Positions 42,944 to 49,277 of a DNA stretch of 49,277 nucleotides are shown here, piece by piece (positions within the stretch are counted from its first letter, which is position 1; each line of letters begins with the position of its first letter). The notes below the pieces were generated by a model. The model was not told where the DNA came from. It ran no database searches and worked only from the letters and a program-made list of their open reading frames with translations. The translations under genes were made by a program, and so were the position numbers. This DNA comes from a virus (lineage: Duplodnaviria; Heunggongvirae; Uroviricota; Caudoviricetes). The stretch lies in IMG/VR virus record IMGVR_UViG_2534682330_000007. One strand, given 5' to 3'.

Positions 42944-45900
42944 ATGGCAGTAAAGATTTCAGGTGTACTGAAAGACGGCACAGGAAAACCGGTACAGAAC
43001 TGCACAATCCAGCTGAAAGCAAAACGTAACAGCACCACGGTGGTGGTGAACACGCTGGCCTCAGAAAATCCGGATGAAGCCGGGCGTTACAGCATGGACG
43101 TTGAGTACGGTCAGTACAGCGTTATTCTGTTGGTGGAAGGATTCCCGCCGTCACATGCCGGGACCATCACCGTGTATGAAGATTCCCGACCCGGTACGCT
43201 GAATGATTTTCTCGGTGCCATGACGGAGGATGATGCCCGTCCTGAGGCACTGCGCCGTTTTGAACTGATGGTGGAAGAGGTGGCGCGTAACGCGTCCGCG
43301 GTGGCACAGAACACGGCAGCCGCGAAGAAGTCAGCCAGCGATGCCGGCACATCAGCCCGTGAGGCGGCAACCCATGCGACTGATGCTGCAGGCTCAGCAC
43401 GCGCAGCCAGCACGTCAGCCGGACAGGCTGCTTCGTCGGCTCAGTCAGCGTCTTCCAGCGCAGGAACGGCATCAACAAAGGCCACTGAAGCATTAAAAAG
43501 TGCTGCCGCTGCAGAGTCCTCAAAAAGCGCGGCGGCTACCAGTGCCGGTGCGGCGAAAACGTCAGAAACGAATGCGGCAGCGTCACAACAATCAGCAGCC
43601 ACTTCTGCATCCACCGCGACTACGAAAGCGTCAGAAGCAGCCACTTCAGCACGGGATGCGTCGGCTTCAAAAGAGGCGGCAAAATCATCAGAAACGAACG
43701 CAGCCTCGAGCGCCAGCAGCGCAGCTTCCTCGGCAACGGCGGCAGCAAATTCTGCGAAGGCGGCAAAAACGTCTGAGACAAACGCCAGGTCTTCTGAAAC
43801 GGCAGCGGAACAGAGTGCCTCAGCTGCGGCAGGCTCAAAAACAGCGGCTGCGTCGTCTGCCAGTGCAGCGTCAACAAGTGCCGGGCAGGCCTCAGCCAGT
43901 GCCACCGCCGCCGGAAAATCGGCAGAAAGCGCCGCATCGTCTGCTTCAACAGCCACAACGAAGGCTGGCGAAGCCACTGAACAGGCCAGCGCAGCAGCGA
44001 GGTCTGCTTCCGCAGCGAAGACATCCGAAACGAACGCGAAAGCGTCGGAAACCAGCGCAGAATCCTCAAAAACGGCTGCCGCATCGTCCGCCAGTTCGGC
44101 GGCGTCATCGGCATCATCTGCGTCTGCTTCAAAAGATGAGGCGACCAGACAAGCGTCAGCAGCGAAGAGCAGCGCCACGACGGCATCCACGAAGGCAACA
44201 GAGGCGGCAGGCAGTGCGACGGCAGCATCTCAGAGCAAAACTACTGCTGAATCCGCTGCGACCCGTGCGGAAGCTGCTGCTGATCGTGCTGAAGAGATTG
44301 CCGGTGCAGTTGCGATGGAAGACGCAAGCCTTACAACTAAAGGTGTTGTGAAACTTAGCAGTGCTGTTGATAGCACCAGTGAATCGCTGGCCGCAACGCC
44401 AAAAGCAGTTAAAGCAGCCAATGACAATGCGAATAGCAGGGTGCCATCTAACCGAAAAGTTAACGGAAAAGCACTGACTGCGGATATAACATTAACGCCG
44501 AAAGATATTGGTACTTTAAATTCAGTAACGATGTCTTTCTCTGGCGGGGCTGGGGGGTTCAAACTGGCTACGGTTACCATGCCACAAGCGAGTTCCATCG
44601 TTTACATCGCATTGATTGGTGGCGCTGGTTACAACGTCGGTTCCCCACATCAGGCAGGCATTTCAGAACTGGTTCTACGAGCAGGCAATGGAAACCCCAA
44701 AGGAATTACCGGGGCTTTGTGGAAGCGTACAGCCGTCGGATTAACGAATTTCGCCTGGATCAACACATCCGGCGATACATATGATATTTACGTTGAGATT
44801 GGCAATTATGCGACGAGTGTAAATATCCATTGGGATTGTACTGCAAATGCGTCAGTTTCTGTTTATACCTCGCCAACATATTCAGCGAGTAAGCCTTCCA
44901 GCGTTACCTATGGTGTTGTTTATACGATGTATAGCTCACATCAGAAACCTACACCATCAGATATTGGAGCACTGCCAACAACCGGAGGAACAGTTTCAGG
45001 TCCGTTGTCTGTTACAGGTGGATTAACTGGTTCATTGAATGGTAATGCAAGTACAGCCACGAAATTGCAGACGGCAAGATCTATCGGTGGAGTTGTTTTC
45101 GACGGTTCTGCAAATATTAACCTTCCAGGTGTAAACACTACGGGTAATCAGAACACCACTGGTAATGCTGCAACTGCTACAAAACTTCAGACTGCAAGAA
45201 AAATATCCGGTGTTCCATTTGATGGTTCTACTGATATCACTTTAACCGCCGCGCATGTGGCTGCTTTTGCCAGAAGGGCAACGGATACATATGCCGATGC
45301 GGATGGTGGCGTTCCCTGGAATGCCGAATCAGGCGCTTACAATGTCACCCGCTCTGGCTACACCTATATTCTGGTTAACTTCTATACCGGAGTCGGAAGT
45401 TGCCGGACCCTGCAGATGAAGGCGCATTACAGAAATGGAGGTCTGTTCTACCGTTCCTCAAGAGATGGCTATGGTTTTGAGGAAGGCTGGGCAGAAGTTT
45501 ATACCTCGAAAAATCTTCCACCAGAAAGCTACCCAGTTGGCGCACCAATCCCGTGGCCATCAGATACCGTTCCGTCTGGTTATGCCCTGATGCAGGGGCA
45601 GACTTTTGACAAATCTGCTTACCCGAAACTTGCAGCGGCTTATCCGTCAGGCGTGATCCCTGATATGCGTGGCTGGACGATTAAGGGCAAGCCCGCCAGT
45701 GGTCGTGCCGTATTGTCTCAGGAACAGGATGGCATTAAATCGCATACCCACAGCGCCAGCGCATCCAGTACGGATTTGGGGACGAAAACCACATCGTCGT
45801 TTGATTACGGCACTAAATCCACGAATAACACCGGGGCGCATACCCATAGTATTAGCGGGACCGCAAATAGTGCCGGTGCGCACCAACACAAGAGTTCCGG

Positions 45901-46222
45901 TGCATTTGGTGGCACGAACACGAGCATTTTCCCTAATGGTTATACCGCGATTTCAAATCCAAGCGCGGGGATTATGAGCACAACAAGCGGTAGTGGCCAG
46001 ACTCGTAATGCAGGGAAGACATCATCAGATGGTGCTCATACCCACTCGCTGTCCGGCACAGCAGCATCTGCAGGTGCACATGCACATACTGTCGGTATTG
46101 GTGCGCATACGCACTCGGTTGCGATTGGTTCACATGGACACACCATCACCGTTAACGCTGCTGGTAACGCGGAAAACACCGTCAAAAACATCGCATTTAA
46201 CTATATTGTGAGGCTTGCATAA
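42944..46222 (+). CDS. stf: Side tail fibre protein Stf (long form with expanded Ala/Ser-rich repeat region)
   Basis: ATG 42944 gives [69 protein letters not shown] (lambda Stf N-terminus); C-terminal His-x-His repeats (GAHTHS, GAHAHT) typical of Stf/gp37-type fibres. Confidence 0.9.
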   Translation: MAVKISGVLKDGTGKPVQNCTIQLKAKRNSTTVVVNTLASENPDEAGRYSMDVEYGQYSVILLVEGFPPSHAGTITVYEDSRPGTLNDFLGAMTEDDARPEALRRFELMVEEVARNASAVAQNTAAAKKSASDAGTSAREAATHATDAAGSARAASTSAGQAASSAQSASSSAGTASTKATEALKSAAAAESSKSAAATSAGAAKTSETNAAASQQSAATSASTATTKASEAATSARDASASKEAAKSSETNAASSASSAASSATAAANSAKAAKTSETNARSSETAAEQSASAAAGSKTAAASSASAASTSAGQASASATAAGKSAESAASSASTATTKAGEATEQASAAARSASAAKTSETNAKASETSAESSKTAAASSASSAASSASSASASKDEATRQASAAKSSATTASTKATEAAGSATAASQSKTTAESAATRAEAAADRAEEIAGAVAMEDASLTTKGVVKLSSAVDSTSESLAATPKAVKAANDNANSRVPSNRKVNGKALTADITLTPKDIGTLNSVTMSFSGGAGGFKLATVTMPQASSIVYIALIGGAGYNVGSPHQAGISELVLRAGNGNPKGITGALWKRTAVGLTNFAWINTSGDTYDIYVEIGNYATSVNIHWDCTANASVSVYTSPTYSASKPSSVTYGVVYTMYSSHQKPTPSDIGALPTTGGTVSGPLSVTGGLTGSLNGNASTATKLQTARSIGGVVFDGSANINLPGVNTTGNQNTTGNAATATKLQTARKISGVPFDGSTDITLTAAHVAAFARRATDTYADADGGVPWNAESGAYNVTRSGYTYILVNFYTGVGSCRTLQMKAHYRNGGLFYRSSRDGYGFEEGWAEVYTSKNLPPESYPVGAPIPWPSDTVPSGYALMQGQTFDKSAYPKLAAAYPSGVIPDMRGWTIKGKPASGRAVLSQEQDGIKSHTHSASASSTDLGTKTTSSFDYGTKSTNNTGAHTHSISGTANSAGAHQHKSSGAFGGTNTSIFPNGYTAISNPSAGIMSTTSGSGQTRNAGKTSSDGAHTHSLSGTAASAGAHAHTVGIGAHTHSVAIGSHGHTITVNAAGNAENTVKNIAFNYIVRLA
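43290..44270 (+). repeat. Low-complexity coding repeats in stf (reiterated motif around AKTSETNA in an Ala/Ser-rich tract)
   Basis: Motif KTSETNA or SSETNA occurs at least four times in the protein; the DNA is GC-rich and repetitive, which generates many spurious overlapping ORFs in other frames. Confidence 0.8.
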
Positions 46223-46803
46223 TGGCATTCAGAATGAGTGAACAACCACGGACCATAAAAATTTATAATCTGCTGTCCGGAACTAATGAATTTATTGGTG
46301 AAGGTGATGCATATATTCCGCCTCATACAGGTCTGCCAGCAAACAGTACCGACATTGCACCGCCAGATATTCCAGCTGGCTTCGTGGCTGTTTTCAACAG
46401 TGATGAGTCATCGTGGCATCTCGTTGAAGATCATCGGGGTAAAACGGTTTATGACGTGGCTTCCGGCGACGCGTTATTTATTTCTGAACTCGGCTCATTA
46501 CCGGAAAATGTCACCTGGTTATCCCCGGAAGGGGAGTTTCAGAAGTGGAACGGCACAGCCTGGGTGAAAGATGCAGAAGCAGAAAAACTATTCCGGATCC
46601 GGGAGGCGGAAGAAACAAAAAACAGCCTGATGCAGGCAGCGAATGAGCATATTGCGCCACTTCAGGATGCTGTAGATCTGGAGATCGCAACGGAGGAAGA
46701 AACTTCGTTGCTGGAAGTCTGGAAAAAGTATCGGGTGTTGCTGAACCGTGTTAATACAACAACTGCTCCGGATATTGAATGGCCAGTAGCACCTATAGGG
46801 TAA
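46222..46803 (+). CDS. tfa: Tail fibre assembly protein Tfa
   Basis: 193 aa [78 protein letters not shown]; start overlaps the stf stop. Confidence 0.9.
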   Translation: MAFRMSEQPRTIKIYNLLSGTNEFIGEGDAYIPPHTGLPANSTDIAPPDIPAGFVAVFNSDESSWHLVEDHRGKTVYDVASGDALFISELGSLPENVTWLSPEGEFQKWNGTAWVKDAEAEKLFRIREAEETKNSLMQAANEHIAPLQDAVDLEIATEEETSLLEVWKKYRVLLNRVNTTTAPDIEWPVAPIG

Positions 46804-46886
46804 ATTCGTAATGATTACCTAAATACGTTATTCTTTTGTTCAAAAAGTGATTTTGCTATAGGTAGGGAGTATGTTCTTGGATTAAG

Positions 46887-46920
46887 AATAAAAAATCGCC
46901 ATGAAAGAGCTTCATGGCGA
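46887..46920 (-). terminator. Minus-strand intrinsic terminator (TCGCCATGAA-AGAGC-TTCATGGCGA then U-run) with no annotated gene upstream
   Basis: Perfect 10-bp stem; the T-run (plus-strand AATAAAAAA) lies on the minus-strand 3' side, so it terminates leftward transcription from the AT-rich right arm. Confidence 0.5.
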
Positions 46921-47662
46921 GTACATAAACGTACAAAATGTGATGAAAGTAGAGTGGCGTAAGCCACTATATTAAGATGTGACAATAGCGAACAAAAGTA
47001 AATAATATTTTATGGACGTTTAATTGTTAATTATAAAAACTAGAGTGCCCGATATTGTTTATCTTGCTTTAAAATAATGTACTCAAACCAAATTTTTGAG
47101 CTAAAAGCTCAAATAATATAAATGCAATGATAATGTTTAATAAGACAATTAGCTTGCTTTGTATTTTCATTTCGGAATACTGTTAAGTAACTTTGATGAC
47201 CCTAACAATAGATCGGAATTTTCTTAGAGTCAATGGTCACTGTTTTTGTTTGCAAAGCAAATGTTTTGGTGGTTATAAGTTGTCTTAATATAGTCACGCA
47301 TGCAACTTGCTCCATGCGGAGATTAAAGATTGGAATATAACGCGAAGATGGAATTAAATTACATTTGCAATAATCAATTTATTATTACTCAATAATTACC
47401 GATATTATTATTGTAAATTAATCATTAGAGTGCAAAAAGAAATGTAACGGCAAAATAAGAGGACGATAGCTGAGAAAAAAGCGTGCTTTCCCAATCTGGG
47501 GCAAATCACGTCTGAATGACACCTGAAAACAGGTAGTAGCCTCAAGAAGGCTTGGAATATTCTTCTTTAATGTTATGTAATTCATTGATTTTTCGTGTAC
47601 GATTTTAAGACATTTATTCCAAGAAAAATTTTTAACTCTTTGATTTTTCGACTCTGTATCAT

Positions 47663-47724
47663 CGGTCTCGAAAACCGGAGTAGGGGCAACTCTACCGGGG
47701 GTTCAAATCCCCCTCTCTCCGCCA
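47663..47724 (+). tRNA. Partial tRNA: 3' two-thirds of a class II tRNA-Ser(CGA)-like gene (anticodon arm, long variable arm, T arm, acceptor 3' strand, CCA); 5' part absent
   Basis: GGTCTCGAAAACC anticodon stem-loop with CGA anticodon, long variable arm, GGGGGTTCAAATCCCCC T arm, TCTCTCCGCCA 3' end; no matching 5' acceptor strand or D arm upstream. Confidence 0.7.
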
Positions 47725-48306
47725 CTTTATCAATGACTTATCTCCCGACTTCCCGCCTTGCTTTTCCTAAACAGAACAATCGTAGAATATTCTTGAAGGG
47801 TTAGATCGTCACTGTTTTCTGTTCGATACTGTGACATTCAGCACTTGATTCGCTATGGATCTGACAGGAAGGTTTTGAGCGAAAATTTGCAGTTATTCAG
47901 TCGTTTTCTTATCGGTCACCATTATTCTTTTAGACATTGATCCTACAAAGCTGCCGCAAAGTTGGTGGTAGGAACTGAAGTTGCGTAGAGAAGGGGTCAA
48001 TACCCGGAGGCAAACATGGGCTGGCAAAAGTGTAGCGGTATTAGGCGCAGCTATTTAGCCTAGTTATGTTTTATGAAAACTTGATATCATATAAGTGTCT
48101 TACTTATTGGCTGTAAATAAGTTTTTCCTAAGGAATTGTTTCTTGAGTATCATTTGTAACTGTAACGGAATTTATAATCCTTTGCTTTATTGTTACGGTA
48201 TTTTTTATCACACCCTATTTTTAGTGGTTTTTTATACTGAAGTTTGGCAAAGTGAACTTTATATACATATACTTCATCCTGGTTTCAGTTAAATTGGGTG
48301 GATGAT

Positions 48307-49050
48307 ATGGCAACTACATGTTCAGTTATATTGATTTTGGAGTCCTTTGATGTTTATTTCGGAAAAGAGAGTGTGTTTCTGGAGAGAGGTTCATCTGTAC
48401 TTGTCGACTCTAGCTCTAGAGATTTTTTCCTGACATATCCTGAAAGAGTGATAGTGGCGGATTTTGGCGCTGAGTTTATTAGTCGCTATTTGAAAGCTAA
48501 TAACTTAAGGGATATTTCTGATTGTAGGGAATATCCATCTTATTTAAAAATAAACTTTGCTGACTTCAGTTTAATTAAAGGATTAATTAGTTGGGCTAAT
48601 CACTGTGCTGAATACATAGAAATTTTTGATGAGTCTATTGCTTTTACATGTCTCTCTGCATTTTCTTCTGAAAAACAATTTGGAGTATTTCTGTTTGAAT
48701 GTTTGAAAAGCACAGGGGCTAAAGTTAAAACGATTATTCATACGGATTTATCTGCACCATGGCGTCTTAAGGATATATCATCAAGATTATATCTCAGCGA
48801 AAGTTTACTAAAGAGGAAATTGAAAGAAGAGGGGGTATCATTCAGTAAGATCATACTTGATGAGAGGATGCAAATGGCTGAATATTTACTCTGCACTCGT
48901 TGTTATCCTATTAGTAAAGTAGCTAAGGTCTGTGGTTATGCCAGTGTCTCATACTTTACTTATGTATTTAGACGTTATTTTGGTGTTTCTCCAAGTCAAT
49001 ACTCTCAGAGGAGTTCAGAAAGTAAAATTCTTACTCACCAGGGAATCTGA
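48307..49050 (+). CDS. AraC/XylS-family transcriptional regulator (prophage cargo; AppY/PatE-like position)
   Basis: ATG 48307; C-terminal tandem HTH region (ISKVAKVCGYASVSYFTYVFRRYFGVSPSQY) typical of AraC family; AT-rich gene downstream of the tail fibre genes. Confidence 0.8.
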   Translation: MATTCSVILILESFDVYFGKESVFLERGSSVLVDSSSRDFFLTYPERVIVADFGAEFISRYLKANNLRDISDCREYPSYLKINFADFSLIKGLISWANHCAEYIEIFDESIAFTCLSAFSSEKQFGVFLFECLKSTGAKVKTIIHTDLSAPWRLKDISSRLYLSESLLKRKLKEEGVSFSKIILDERMQMAEYLLCTRCYPISKVAKVCGYASVSYFTYVFRRYFGVSPSQYSQRSSESKILTHQGI

Positions 49051-49054
49051 TCAT

Positions 49055-49277
49055 TGTTCTTGCCCCCTTATTTCCAGACAGGGGGTGTATCTTAAGTTAA
49101 CGTTACCCGCTGACGTCGATATTCTCGCGGAGAGCGATAACCCAACGCACTGTGCGGATGGTTTTCATTGTAATGTTCGATCGCCACTGCAAGATTATGC
49201 AATGCCGTTCTTACATTCGGTTTCGGCATGAACGCGATGTAGTCTTCCTTCATCGTTTTCACGAACCTTTCTGCCAT
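49055..49277 (-). mobile_element. IS2-like (IS3 family) insertion sequence, end only; continues beyond the window
   Basis: Terminus reads (reverse complement) TGTCTGGAAATAAGGGGGCAAGAACA, resembling the IS2 right end as recalled; begins 5 bp after the AraC-family stop codon. Confidence 0.6.
49092..49277 (-). CDS. IS2-type transposase OrfB, C-terminal 61 codons only (truncated by window edge)
   Basis: [55 protein letters not shown], the C-terminal motif of IS3-family DDE transposases, closest in memory to IS2 InsD; the leading M in the track is an edge artefact. Confidence 0.7.
   Translation of the reverse strand: MAERFVKTMKEDYIAFMPKPNVRTALHNLAVAIEHYNENHPHSALGYRSPREYRRQRVTLT

Noticed and set aside
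43111-44598. Many overlapping ORFs on both strands inside stf (for example 249 aa minus, 283 aa plus, 202 aa minus)
   Set aside because: They lie in the GC-rich, Ala/Ser-coding repeat tract of stf, where all frames are open by composition; the stf frame is the only one with phage homology.
47595-47804. 69-aa plus-strand ORF
   Set aside because: It runs straight through the tRNA-Ser fragment and has no RBS; the RNA-type signal explains the region better.

Overview
The window is an almost complete lambda-like (lambdoid) prophage of an Escherichia-type host, integrated at the lambda attachment site next to the host gene ybhC. Everything below was read by eye from the sequence and the ORF track; no database search was run, so protein identities rest on recalled similarity to phage lambda, phage 21/82 and E. 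coli K-12 DLP12 proteins. Left to right: ybhC (1-1284, minus), attL core GCTTTTTTATACTAA with the lambda P' arm (1331-1430), int and xis, an AT-rich accessory island, small early-left ORFs including a TraR-like zinc finger, the Red genes exo/bet/gam, kil, cIII, ea10, ral, an N-like antiterminator with nutL and pL/oL, a hybrid immunity region (cI with lambda-type C-terminal domain but a different DNA-binding domain, different cro and cII), lambda O (with ori iterons), P and ren, a nin region with ninB, a frameshifted adenine methyltransferase, rusA and an 82/DLP12-type Q, an intact Lc/NmpC-type porin on the opposite strand, a phage-21-type lysis cassette, cos, the full lambda morphogenesis module Nu1 through J, lom, a long side tail fibre and tfa, then an AT-rich right arm with an orphan tRNA-Ser 3' fragment, an AraC-family regulator and the edge of an IS2-like element. 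The prophage is a mosaic: the places where it departs from lambda are the candidate accessory or defence loci. The strongest candidates are a two-gene module in the rexAB slot downstream of cI, a convergent gene pair inserted between holin and endolysin, the island right of xis, and a membrane protein between ea10 and ral. None of these has a function I can assign from sequence. No CRISPR array was seen.
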